DNA of 32,365 nt from a virus. Made by a program: the position numbers and the translations under genes. The notes under the pieces are model-generated. The model saw nothing but the letters and a program-made list of their open reading frames with translations. It ran no database searches and was not told the origin of the DNA. This document shows, in pieces, positions 24,281 through 32,365 of this stretch (its first letter is position 1; the number at the start of each line of letters is the position of its first letter). The DNA lies in IMG/VR virus record IMGVR_UViG_3300037424_000553, positions 64,947-97,311 of that record, one strand, 5' to 3'.

Positions 24281-25497
24281 GTGATTAAAGTGTGCGAGCC
24301 GGGGCATGGCAGTCGATTTACTCGATGAAACGTCAGGTACATCGTCTTTCCTGCCTTTGCCCAGATCTTCAAGTACTGTTTACACACCGGACATTGACGA
24401 CGAGGTAGTGCATCAAAGGTATGTGACGATCGAATACGAGCAGCCCGTTCATCAGCTCGTGCATTCACCGCCGCGGCTCCCATGTAGTTCTCAAGACTCC
24501 AAAGCCAATCACGGGCATCGAGATCAGGATTGAATCGTGCGATCCATTTTGCCTTGGTGAGTTTCACCTGTGTCCCAGGTCGATGCCGTGGCGCCTTGTG
24601 CTCGACGTACATTCCGTTCGGACAGAAGATGCGTGATCCATACTCGTGCATTTCATCGACCGAGACAATGTCACGTGTTGAAAGCAAATTGCTATTGACT
24701 TCAGTGAAGAAGATTCCAGGTCGAACAATCCCGTCACGGATCCGACTCAGACGCCACACGCTCCACAGCATCGGGACACCGGTTGACGAGTTGTACATAC
24801 CCGCCCGCCAGAGTTTGGGCTGTGAAATGATCTGTGTGCGTCCGACAATCATTGCCCGTCCTGAATCACGAAGAATGGGTGCCCAGAATTCAGTCAAGGC
24901 ATCTTGTAAGACAAGCAGACGTCCACGATCATGGGCAACAGGGAGAAACGAAGTATTGGTTCGATCACCCATTCCATAATACTCACCCAACTCTGTCAGA
25001 CGTCGAAACACTGGAGGGATCTCGCGACCACGCTGAATGTTGATTCCGATGACGCGGGGTTGTAGTGCCCGATCGACACGCTGAATTGTCTCGATCGTTC
25101 GTGGACTGAGATTGCTGTTGAGATCTAAATTGATGATGTCAACCTTGAACTGCTTTGATAACGCAATCCGCTCGGCGGCTTGATCAACTGGCATCGCATA
25201 GGCCGACGTAATCGCTGGATATCGTTCGCGCAAGCTGTCGATGACATTCTGATCACCGTCAACAATGCTAATTCTTGTCGGGTTGACACCACGCTTGATT
25301 GCTTCATCAATCTCGAGCCCTTCCAACGATGGCAGCATCAACACCGCGACATCATCAAGATGATATTTGTCTTGACGATGATATGCTCGAGATCCGCAGG
25401 TCTGAATGGCTTCCCATTTCTCACGGCGATAGTTGACTTTTTCTCTGAACGAAAATCCTCCATCTGGAGCACGACGTTTCTTGAATGAGACTGTCAT
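24277..25497 (-). CDS. Hypothetical protein with possible class I SAM-methyltransferase fold and C-terminal Zn finger
   Basis: VLMLPSLEG / ISIVDGD / VDIINLDL strand pattern; C-terminal CPVC...H...CPGS. Confidence 0.5.
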   Translation of the reverse strand: MTVSFKKRRAPDGGFSFREKVNYRREKWEAIQTCGSRAYHRQDKYHLDDVAVLMLPSLEGLEIDEAIKRGVNPTRISIVDGDQNVIDSLRERYPAITSAYAMPVDQAAERIALSKQFKVDIINLDLNSNLSPRTIETIQRVDRALQPRVIGINIQRGREIPPVFRRLTELGEYYGMGDRTNTSFLPVAHDRGRLLVLQDALTEFWAPILRDSGRAMIVGRTQIISQPKLWRAGMYNSSTGVPMLWSVWRLSRIRDGIVRPGIFFTEVNSNLLSTRDIVSVDEMHEYGSRIFCPNGMYVEHKAPRHRPGTQVKLTKAKWIARFNPDLDARDWLWSLENYMGAAAVNARADERAARIRSSHTFDALPRRQCPVCKQYLKIWAKAGKTMYLTFHRVNRLPCPGSHTLIT

Positions 25498-25510
25498 AGA
25501 TGCAACGAAT

Positions 25511-25540
25511 GCGGGGGCGCTGCATACAAGCCGCCCCCGC
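25511..25540 (-). terminator. GC-rich stem-loop after the Lys/Ala-rich protein gene
   Basis: GCGGGGGCG...CGCCCCCGC 9-bp stem followed by ATTCGTT on the minus strand (weak U tract). Confidence 0.5.
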
Positions 25541-25551
25541 GTCGTCGTGCC

Positions 25552-26640
25552 CTACTTCGACTTGCCCTTGGTGACCATCTCCAGCGCGGTCGGCGACGCC
25601 GTTCCGACCAGGCCATCCTTGTACTTGATGGCGACGCCGTTGGGGCCGCTGTAGCGCAGGACCTCGCCGGTCTTACCCTTCAGCTTGGGGTTGCGATCGC
25701 CGATGTACTTGACGATGCTCCCGATGGGGATCTCCTTCTTCGCGTCGGTCAGTCCGCCCTTGCCGCTCTTCGCCGCCTTGGGGGCCTTCTCCGCCTTCGC
25801 CGTCTTGCCCTTCGCCGCACCCTTCTTCTTCATGTCCTCGGTCTCCTTGTCCGTGTCGTTGGATTCGGTCTCGGCCGTGGCCTCGGGGGCCTTCGCCGTC
25901 TTACCCTTCTTGATCGCGTCGCTCTCCTTCTCTGCCTTGCCCTTCTTCCCCTTACCGCCCTTCTCCTCACCCTCGTCCTTCTCGGCTTTGGGGGTGTCCT
26001 TCTCTTGCTTCTCCTTCTCCTTCAACAGCCGTCTGCGGATCTCTGCGGGACTCTCTTCTACTGCCATGTCGTTGGCTCCGATCGTTGTGAGAGGTTTGAT
26101 GGGGCGTCCTGTCCTGAGTGCATGCTTGATGAGCACGATCGCTAATTCGTCTGGGTGTTTCCCCCTCCCTTCAGTGTTGAGGAGTGAATCGAGCGCCTTG
26201 ATGTGCTGCTCGCGAATGTCACTCTTGACGTAGAGATTCTGCCGCGTGAGTGACCGTTTCTCATACTCGTAGGCCAGCCTGTAGGACAGAATGAGGTAGA
26301 GATCCCCCGTCGCCTTGATCCCACAGCTTGCCAGCAGCTCCCGGAGCTTCTTGACCGACTGCGTCTTGGCCCACTGCGTGAAGGCGTACACGCTCGGCTC
26401 GCCGATGACGGTTTCCACCGGCGTGCCGTACTTGTACGTCTGCTTCTTGGTGTTGACCACCACTGGGAGCTTCCACGCTGCCCAGCCCTCCAGCGTACTG
26501 CTGATGTCCTTCGTCGGCACGATGATCGCATCGGGCTCGAGCCAGGCATCGGCGTAGGTGACACGACCGGTGACTCCTGCTACGATCTCTTGGACGTACT
26601 TCTCGGCGATCTCATGGAGCCACGCTTGGATTCTCGCCAT
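25552..26640 (-). CDS. Hypothetical protein with Lys/Ala/Glu-rich histone H1-like linker and C-terminal SH3/KOW-like barrel
   Basis: KKGKTAKA-type repeats; C-terminal IGSIVKYIG...GKTGEV...VAIKY. Confidence 0.7.
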   Translation of the reverse strand: MARIQAWLHEIAEKYVQEIVAGVTGRVTYADAWLEPDAIIVPTKDISSTLEGWAAWKLPVVVNTKKQTYKYGTPVETVIGEPSVYAFTQWAKTQSVKKLRELLASCGIKATGDLYLILSYRLAYEYEKRSLTRQNLYVKSDIREQHIKALDSLLNTEGRGKHPDELAIVLIKHALRTGRPIKPLTTIGANDMAVEESPAEIRRRLLKEKEKQEKDTPKAEKDEGEEKGGKGKKGKAEKESDAIKKGKTAKAPEATAETESNDTDKETEDMKKKGAAKGKTAKAEKAPKAAKSGKGGLTDAKKEIPIGSIVKYIGDRNPKLKGKTGEVLRYSGPNGVAIKYKDGLVGTASPTALEMVTKGKSK

Positions 26641-26921
26641 ACCTTTCGATGCTGCCTCTGCAGCGCCTTCACTCGGCCGCTGCGCCAGATCTTGGTGAGC
26701 TGCTGGTCATGCGTGATGATGTGGTACAGTTGACTCCGCCGCATCTTAAGGTCCTTCGCAGTCTTGGTCATGTGCCACTTGTTCCGGACCAAGACCTTCT
26801 TGATGAACCTGACGCGGTGTCGCCGCATCTCCGTATCGAGCACTGTGTGTGGGATGGTCCCCACCTCCTCTCTCAGACTGTTCATCCCAGACGCCCACTC
26901 GTCTAGGAGCAACAACTTCAC
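26580..26921 (-). CDS. Fis-type helix-turn-helix DNA-binding protein
   Basis: FIKKVLVRNKWHMTKTAKDLKMRRSQLYHII matches the Fis/HTH_8 pattern. Confidence 0.75.
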   Translation of the reverse strand: MKLLLLDEWASGMNSLREEVGTIPHTVLDTEMRRHRVRFIKKVLVRNKWHMTKTAKDLKMRRSQLYHIITHDQQLTKIWRSGRVKALQRQHRKVWRESKRGSMRSPRSTSKRS

Positions 26922-26964
26922 TCTACATCAGTATCACCACTCATGTCCAGAACAAAGTGGACAC

Positions 26965-27513
26965 TCACCGTTCCCAAGCGAACGCTTTCAGCTTGAGCTT
27001 CTGGAGGATTGCCTCCCTGACGCCAGGGCCCTTCAGCAGGAGGTCCAACACTTCGGCCTTCATGGCGTTGATCATCACCGGAGAAGGCTTTCCGCTGATC
27101 ACCGCTGCGAGATCCACCTTCGGTCCGCTGACTACAACCTGCTGAGTGACGAGCTTCCGCTTCTCCCGCTCCTTCTTTTTCTTGTTCTTCTTCCGCCGCT
27201 TCTTGCTCTCCGGGTCAGCGTAGTACGCGTTGTTGTACTTGTGAACACGATCCGCAACGAGATCGACGGCCCCATCGACCGTAGACAGTTGCTTCTTCCA
27301 GTAGCGGGTCAGGTGCAGCAGATTGTTACCGTCTTTCTCACCGACCTCATCCAAGATGGGCTTGCCATGATCCTTGCTGAGCAGATGTGAGATGAACCCG
27401 GAGCAATGAATGCCCGGGGCGATGCGCTCGATTTCCTTCCGCGTCATGCCTTGCTTGGAGGTTAACAGATTTGGCCAGAGAACTTCTCGAACGAACCGCT
27501 CGTGCTGTGTCAT
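26965..27513 (-). CDS. Hypothetical basic protein, possible N-terminal winged helix
   Basis: 182-aa ORF with AGGAG RBS; GMTRKEI...; poly-Lys tract. Confidence 0.65.
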   Translation of the reverse strand: MTQHERFVREVLWPNLLTSKQGMTRKEIERIAPGIHCSGFISHLLSKDHGKPILDEVGEKDGNNLLHLTRYWKKQLSTVDGAVDLVADRVHKYNNAYYADPESKKRRKKNKKKKEREKRKLVTQQVVVSGPKVDLAAVISGKPSPVMINAMKAEVLDLLLKGPGVREAILQKLKLKAFAWER

Positions 27514-27542
27514 ACACTCTCCTGTGTCGTTAGTGTGTACTG

Positions 27543-27749
27543 CTACTTCCGTAGCGCGATCAATGCAGTGAGCTCATCGACCGCTGCCTGTGCAGCCTTC
27601 TGCATCTCTACCGCGGTTGGAATGAACACCGTTCGTGTCTCGATCGGGATGATGACACCGCCGAGATCCCCTGCCACGATATCAGACTTCAGCCTGATCT
27701 CCAGGTACAGTCGCTCGATCGAATCTCCTTCCTTATGATGCGTCGTCAT
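27543..27749 (-). CDS. Hypothetical protein
   Basis: 68-aa ORF in the packed minus-strand array. Confidence 0.55.
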   Translation of the reverse strand: MTTHHKEGDSIERLYLEIRLKSDIVAGDLGGVIIPIETRTVFIPTAVEMQKAAQAAVDELTALIALRK

Positions 27750-27930
27750 AGGCCTCTCGTTCTGCTCTGAACAGGTTGATCATGGTATTCGCACTGCCGA
27801 GATGAGCGCCCAAGAACGTCGCTCCGATCCAGCAAAACACCGCACCCCACGATCCCCAGATCAGCAAGATGATAAATCCGAGGATCAACGCGATGACAGC
27901 GGCTCTGAGTCTGAATACCTGCCAAATCAT
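27733..27930 (-). CDS. Small two-helix membrane protein
   Basis: Two hydrophobic segments; GAGGAG RBS. Confidence 0.65.
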   Translation of the reverse strand: MIWQVFRLRAAVIALILGFIILLIWGSWGAVFCWIGATFLGAHLGSANTMINLFRAEREAYDDAS

Positions 27931-27940
27931 GATTCACTCC

Positions 27941-29680
27941 TCATTTCGTCGGCTTGAACTGCTTGACGTACTCGATGATCTTCGCCGTAATCGGCTTGCC
28001 CTTGCTCATCAACCCACCGAGCTTCAGCAGGTTCTTGATGTCACGCCCAGAAAGCTTCTCACCCTCTCTGGCCATCTTGTGCACGATCATCTTCCGCTCG
28101 GTGAGTGCCAACTCCATCTTGCTGGCCTCAGCGAGGATCTGCCAGATCTTATGCTGATCCGCCTCATCCGGATACTCGTACGTCAGCTTTGCGATACAGC
28201 GTGACGCGACGGCATCGTCGACATCATCAGCCCTGTTGGTGGTCAGGAATAGCACCGCCGACTGATACTCCAGGACGCGCAGGAAGACGCCGACGATCGC
28301 GTTCTGGTTGAGATCATCGCCACGTTGCCGGACGTAGACATCGGCCTCATCAAGGAGCATCACGCTATTCCACCGACTGTTCCTGACGAAGCACTTCATC
28401 AGCTCCTTCTCGAGATCCTCTGGCGTGATCCCGAGCTGCGAGCACTGAACCGAGTAGAGCGCCCGCTGCTCGGTCTCGGCGTAGACTTCCGCGGTCAGCG
28501 TCTTGCCAGTGCCAGGCTTGCCACAGAGCAGGATCACGGCGCCACCACTCTTCCCGCCGACGATGTCCTGGAATCCACCGCTCTTATGCTCGATGAGCAG
28601 GGCGACCAGTTGCTTCAACTCATCCCTGAGCACCAGCTTGTCCGCAAGCGTCGTGTCGTAGACGTGCGACTCCACGTTCTGGACATGCAGTCGAAGCCTG
28701 ACGTGCTTCTTCAGATCATAGATCGCCAGGTTCAGATGAATCGGGATCTCGATGTCGTTCTCATTTGGCATGATGATCGTGGGCAGATCCTCACCCTCGT
28801 TTTCATCGTCATCTTCGACATCATCGATATCATCATGTCCTTCCAGCTTGGATGCCGTCACCTTCTTACCCCAGTAGTCGCGATTGATCCAGATATTGTC
28901 ACGGTCCCGCTTCTTGGGGTTCTCATAGAACACATCGATCACGGCACGCCCTGGCTCGTCCTGTGATCCGATCGCGACAGCCGGTGGTGTCCGCCAGTGC
29001 CAGCCATTGTCGTCATCGCCACCGAGCTCATCAAGATCCGGCACTCCAACGCCCCAGACATGCAGCTGATGCCCGATCTTTGGCTGCAAGGTGATGTAAC
29101 GAGCCCGCTGCTCCAGGTACTCAGCCCGCATCTCCTCGGTCTCGACGAAGTACTTCCTCGTCGCTAGTACATCCAGCGGCGTTTTGTGCATGAGGTCGGC
29201 GTTCCATAGCAGCAGCTTCTCGATGTGCCGCTCACCGAACTCCTGGTACAGCAGATACAGGATGATATGTGCCGGCGTGATGCCGTTGCTGTTCTCCCGC
29301 TTCGGCACATACTCGATGTTGTCCAGGTAGTACGGCCACCACAGGTCGTCATCCTGATAGTACAGCCGATGCCCTGGGACATCCTTGAGCGAGGCCTTCA
29401 TCAGCGTCGACATCTGGAAGGCATCACGGGCAACCTGATTGGCTTCGCCCTTCATTGCCTTCTGCCACACCTTGATGTTGTGGAGAGCAGTTTGCACGCC
29501 CCGCAGCTTGGTATGCTGCTTGAGCAGCGTTGACAACTCCTCCAAGCGCTTGGTGCTCAGCACCTGAAGGTCAATCTCTCGCTTCTCGTTGAGCCCCCAG
29601 CCAAGATCACGGGCGCCAAACGCTGTGAGTGTCTTCAACCCAATACCTTCGGCGGTATCCTTCTTGAGGATGATATTCAT
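27941..29680 (-). CDS. AAA+ ATPase with long N-terminal region
   Basis: Walker A GKPGTGKT, Walker B LLDEAD, FLRVLEY, TTNR...DDAVASR, SGRDIKN. Confidence 0.92.
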   Translation of the reverse strand: MNIILKKDTAEGIGLKTLTAFGARDLGWGLNEKREIDLQVLSTKRLEELSTLLKQHTKLRGVQTALHNIKVWQKAMKGEANQVARDAFQMSTLMKASLKDVPGHRLYYQDDDLWWPYYLDNIEYVPKRENSNGITPAHIILYLLYQEFGERHIEKLLLWNADLMHKTPLDVLATRKYFVETEEMRAEYLEQRARYITLQPKIGHQLHVWGVGVPDLDELGGDDDNGWHWRTPPAVAIGSQDEPGRAVIDVFYENPKKRDRDNIWINRDYWGKKVTASKLEGHDDIDDVEDDDENEGEDLPTIIMPNENDIEIPIHLNLAIYDLKKHVRLRLHVQNVESHVYDTTLADKLVLRDELKQLVALLIEHKSGGFQDIVGGKSGGAVILLCGKPGTGKTLTAEVYAETEQRALYSVQCSQLGITPEDLEKELMKCFVRNSRWNSVMLLDEADVYVRQRGDDLNQNAIVGVFLRVLEYQSAVLFLTTNRADDVDDAVASRCIAKLTYEYPDEADQHKIWQILAEASKMELALTERKMIVHKMAREGEKLSGRDIKNLLKLGGLMSKGKPITAKIIEYVKQFKPTK

Positions 29681-29686
29681 GCGTGT

Positions 29687-29947
29687 TTATTCCTTCTTCG
29701 TGAGCAACGTGATGCTGAGTGCCTGCCCATCGAGCTCATCCGGGATCTCCCGCCCAGACCAGTAGCACAGGGCACTGTTCGGATGATCCTGGCGATGCGG
29801 GCCGAAGTGAATGGTCCCGATGGCCCGGGCTTCGACCTGCACGCTCTGACAGCCGAGTGGGCAGGTCGTGATTGCGCCATGCTTGAGCAGGGTAATGCGA
29901 ACAACATGTGAATCATGAACACGCTGCTTGAACTCCGATGGCTTCAC
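29687..29947 (-). CDS. Hypothetical protein with Zn-binding motif
   Basis: CPLGC...H...CYWSG. Confidence 0.6.
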   Translation of the reverse strand: MKPSEFKQRVHDSHVVRITLLKHGAITTCPLGCQSVQVEARAIGTIHFGPHRQDHPNSALCYWSGREIPDELDGQALSITLLTKKE

Positions 29948-30033
29948 TCTCGCGTCTCCCCGCAGAATGGGCAGACATCAACCGGTGGCTCGCCCGGTTG
30001 CTCTACCCACTCGTGCTCACATGTGTCGTTCAC
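29944..30033 (-). CDS. Zn-ribbon microprotein (29 aa)
   Basis: GTG start after AAGGAG; MNDTCEHEWVEQPGEPPVDVCPFCGETRE. Confidence 0.55.
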   Translation of the reverse strand: MNDTCEHEWVEQPGEPPVDVCPFCGETRE

Positions 30034-30046
30034 CGCATCTCCTTCT

Positions 30047-30286
30047 TCACTTCGCGTCCCCTCTAGCGCTGATGCAATCCGATACGTCCTTGTTCCACGA
30101 GCTGGGGTAGCTGCGCTTCTCCGTCTCCAACTTGCCTGGCTCACGCGCCATCCAGGCAGCGTCCACAGTCGCTTCACACTCCTTGGTGATGCGGGCTGCT
30201 CTATGCTCCGGGCTCTCTGAACACCCGGTCGTTACAAGGAGCAGTGAGATGCCAATGAACGTCTTGAAGGCTCGCGTTATGATCAG
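30047..30286 (-). CDS. Probable small lipoprotein with non-canonical start codon
   Basis: Manual translation (L)IITRAFKTFIGISLLLVTTGCSESPEH...DAK, 79 codons; no ATG/GTG/TTG precedes the signal peptide. Confidence 0.55.
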   Translation of the reverse strand: MIITRAFKTFIGISLLLVTTGCSESPEHRAARITKECEATVDAAWMAREPGKLETEKRSYPSSWNKDVSDCISARGDAK

Positions 30287-30486
30287 AGCCTCCCGTGCAC
30301 AGCGTTGATCTTGAGCAGATGGAGCTCAGCCTTGAAGCGATCGCCGATCTCGAGGAGCACCTTCTTCGGCACTTCGCGCTTGAAGTGCTGATAGGTCTTC
30401 TCGATGCTCTGATCCACCGCCTGCATCATGCGAGTCAGCACGCGGGTGGTGTGACGAGTCTGGACTCGACGCTGCTTGGCATTCAT
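30283..30486 (-). CDS. Hypothetical protein
   Basis: 67-aa ORF with AGGAG RBS. Confidence 0.65.
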   Translation of the reverse strand: MNAKQRRVQTRHTTRVLTRMMQAVDQSIEKTYQHFKREVPKKVLLEIGDRFKAELHLLKINAVHGRL

Positions 30487-30514
30487 CGCTACTCTCCTGT
30501 CTCGTTAGGTGTGG

Positions 30515-30751
30515 TTACAGCCGGGCATCTACGGCGGTGATCTCCGCGTTCAGCGCACTGCTTCGCTCGGTCCAGATGCCGGGCAGCTTCGGTCCATCGA
30601 TCAGCTGAACGGTCCAGCCCTTCAGGATCGGCGACCACTCCACCTCAGCGGCGCGTTCGACGACCACCCCGACGCCGAGCTGATCGACGGGTAGGCTCTC
30701 CGTGTACCGCGTCCTGATCTTCCCGCGCTCCACTACGATCTTGTGCTTCAT
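30515..30751 (-). CDS. Conserved-looking hypothetical protein (78 aa)
   Basis: Start MKHKIVV by ATGA overlap; RAAEVE...W...GPKL...RSSALNAE pattern, recalled from proteins near DUF1257/DUF2997 genes. Confidence 0.65.
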   Translation of the reverse strand: MKHKIVVERGKIRTRYTESLPVDQLGVGVVVERAAEVEWSPILKGWTVQLIDGPKLPGIWTERSSALNAEITAVDARL

Positions 30752-30999
30752 CGCTTGGCGCTCCTCTTGCGACTGCTGCCGCGCTGACGAGAGACTTCTT
30801 CGATGACGCTGTCCATGCGATCTCCAGCCTTGATGAGTCCGCACTTGATGAGCTGCCCCTTGATGAAGGGCAACATCATGCTCAGCCGCTCCTGCTCGCG
30901 CATCGCCTGCTCCCACTCCTCGGCTCCGTTCGGATTGACGATGACCACATCGCAGGTTGGAATGAATGGGGCGATGGGCATCGGCTTGGGCTTCCTCAT
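30748..30999 (-). CDS. Hypothetical protein
   Basis: 83-aa ORF with ATGA overlaps. Confidence 0.6.
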   Translation of the reverse strand: MRKPKPMPIAPFIPTCDVVIVNPNGAEEWEQAMREQERLSMMLPFIKGQLIKCGLIKAGDRMDSVIEEVSRQRGSSRKRSAKR

Positions 31000-31196
31000 A
31001 GTCTGCCCCTGACTTCGATCTGCATGCCGTACTGCCTGAGGATCTTCTGCGCTCGCTTGAACTCTCGCATCCCCAGCACCGGCTCGTGATCAGGCGCTGT
31101 CTGCATGCGATCGTTGACCATCGCTCGGAATCCGAGCGTCACCGCGCGAAGCGCTCTCAGAATCTCTTGCCTACCAGCCTTCACTGGCTTCTTCAT
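30996..31196 (-). CDS. Hypothetical protein (66 aa)
   Basis: Start re-assigned to MKKPVKAG by ATGA overlap. Confidence 0.55.
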   Translation of the reverse strand: MKKPVKAGRQEILRALRAVTLGFRAMVNDRMQTAPDHEPVLGMREFKRAQKILRQYGMQIEVRGRL

Positions 31197-31327
31197 CGAC
31201 GCCGCCCTCGGTACAGCATGCTCCCACCGATGACGACGAGTAGAAACCCTGCCGCGACAACAGGCCCATCGCTGAGATAGGCCAGCACGGCGATGACGAT
31301 GACAACGATCTCCGTGGAGCCCTTCAC
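31193..31327 (-). CDS. Small two-helix membrane protein (44 aa)
   Basis: Manual translation MKGSTEIVVIVIAVLAYLSDGPVVAAGFLLVVIGGSMLYRGRRR; GTGA and ATGA overlaps. Confidence 0.6.
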   Translation of the reverse strand: MKGSTEIVVIVIAVLAYLSDGPVVAAGFLLVVIGGSMLYRGRRR

Positions 31328-31512
31328 TGTACCCGCTCCTGCTCTGGCATCGGCGTCTCGAAATACTCCGCCGTATGCTCCGCTTCGCGCTGCTCACCGC
31401 CCAGCGCCTTCGAGAAGAACTCGACATCCTTCTCGCACCCGATGCCGACGTAGCCTTCGGCCTGTGTTGAGATCCGCCCGCCTGCTACTGTGATCCGAAC
31501 CTTGGTCGCCAT
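31324..31512 (-). CDS. DUF2997-like protein
   Basis: GRISTQAEGYVGIGC...KALG...TAEYF; GAGGAG RBS; near a DUF1257-like gene. Confidence 0.8.
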   Translation of the reverse strand: MATKVRITVAGGRISTQAEGYVGIGCEKDVEFFSKALGGEQREAEHTAEYFETPMPEQERVQ

Positions 31513-31569
31513 GCTCTACTCCTCTCACTGGGCTCCTAGACTCCCCTACCAGGGGCAGCCGAGGCCCAG

Positions 31570-31606
31570 AGGTTGATCCAGGTTGAGAGATCTCCCTCAG
31601 GGTTGA
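31570..31606. repeat. Three GGTTGA hexamers in helical phase within a 200-bp non-coding gap
   Basis: GGTTGA at 31571, 31581 and 31601. Confidence 0.45.
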
Positions 31607-31712
31607 GGTCTCCTAGGGGTGTCAAGAAACATCCCTTATTTATCAGGTATTTAGACGGCACCTAGGCTCTCCTTGCCCCTAAAGTGTCATGTAAATAGCT
31701 GATTTTATAGGA

Positions 31713-31976
31713 CTATTTGACCCCTTCCTGAGGCTCCTGGGCCTCGTCCTGGATCGGGCTCCCCGGCTCCCCGGGGTTAGGATCTCCCGCGATGAAAATC
31801 CGGACTACACACCAGATGAAACCGAACGGAACGAAGAACAGAATCACCCACCACGCTGCACTGAATCGTCTGATGCAGCCGTTCGCGTCGCGACTCTTCT
31901 TGTCGCGGAGCGCGGCGACGATGATCGCGAGACAGAACAGGAGAATGCTCAGCCCGCCGATCGCATCGCCGCTCAT
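31713..31976 (-). CDS. Membrane protein with two hydrophobic segments
   Basis: 87 aa; ATGA overlap with the upstream gene. Confidence 0.65.
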   Translation of the reverse strand: MSGDAIGGLSILLFCLAIIVAALRDKKSRDANGCIRRFSAAWWVILFFVPFGFIWCVVRIFIAGDPNPGEPGSPIQDEAQEPQEGVK

Positions 31977-32365
31977 GCACTGAGTCCGATCTGATCGCGC
32001 ACCTGACTGGACTCCGTGTCGATCTCGTACTCCGCCTTCCCGTCGATCATCACCTTGGTGTAGCTGATGCCCTTCGCCTCCAGCATCATCTCTACCTCGA
32101 CCTCACCGAGCGCCTGGTAGAGATTGATCCCGTTCTCGCCCACGATCTTCCGACCCTCGGACCCGCGGCCGTAATTGCCGCTGAGCAGCTCACCATCGCA
32201 GACGAGCTTCCAGGTCCCATCGGGATTCTGCTTGATGCCGAGATCGTACTTGCCCGGCAGCTCCACGACGTAGTCGCAGACCTCCGACTCGTTGGTGGAA
32301 TAGCCAGCCCGGCCGGCGAACTGCGCCTGGCTGTAATAGTACCGCGGCTTCACCTGCTCGTTCAC
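31973..32365 (-). CDS. DUF1257-like protein, 5' end probably outside the window
   Basis: YDLGIKQNPDGTWKLVCD...LYQA...KGI pattern. Confidence 0.75.
   Translation of the reverse strand: MNEQVKPRYYYSQAQFAGRAGYSTNESEVCDYVVELPGKYDLGIKQNPDGTWKLVCDGELLSGNYGRGSEGRKIVGENGINLYQALGEVEVEMMLEAKGISYTKVMIDGKAEYEIDTESSQVRDQIGLSA

Larger units (their letters stand above)
1..32365 (-). mobile_element. Segment of a large dsDNA bacteriophage genome (replication, recombination, DNA-modification and early regions)
   Basis: Unidirectional dense gene packing; a T4-like set of PolB, gp41-like helicase, primase, gp32-like SSB, UvsX/UvsY/UvsW-like and gp46/47-like genes; many tiny hypothetical ORFs; no cellular housekeeping operons. 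Confidence 0.93.

Noticed and set aside
1-32365. Frequent GATC/CGATCG words suggesting HIP1-like repeats or methylation targets
   Set aside because: Plausibly explained by heavy use of ATC, GAT and CGA/TCG codon junctions; needs a codon-aware Markov test that I cannot run.
1-32365. Alternative genetic code (stop-codon reassignment)
   Set aside because: Core genes are full-length under the standard code, and TAA, TAG and TGA all end genes at sensible positions.

Overview
This window is a 32 kb segment of a large dsDNA bacteriophage genome, free or integrated; no integrase, att site or virion genes are visible. All credible genes lie on the minus strand, tightly packed with many 4-bp (A/G/C)TGA overlaps. 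Reading in transcription order from right to left, an early or accessory region carries DUF1257- and DUF2997-like proteins, many small membrane and Zn-finger proteins, an AAA+ ATPase, a Fis-type HTH, a Lys/Ala-rich protein and a methyltransferase-fold protein. An SF2 helicase and an AT-rich, hairpin-rich non-coding element (candidate origin) follow. The rest is a complete T4-style replication/recombination module: DnaB/gp41-like helicase, primase, sigma-like factor, family B DNA polymerase with an N-terminal uracil-DNA-glycosylase-like domain, UvsY-like mediator, gp32-like SSB, RecA/UvsX, 5'-3' exonuclease, Mre11/Rad50 and RuvC. Interleaved with these is a coherent candidate cytosine-hypermodification pathway: a thymidylate-synthase homologue with the dCMP-specificity Asp but an altered folate-site residue, a U32-family (Fe-S hydroxylase-type) protein, a dNMP kinase, an all-alpha dNTP pyrophosphatase, a GT-B glycosyltransferase and a second stand-alone UDG-like protein. 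The polymerase has unusual substitutions in its nucleotide-binding motifs. All family calls come from motif recognition by eye; no searches were run.
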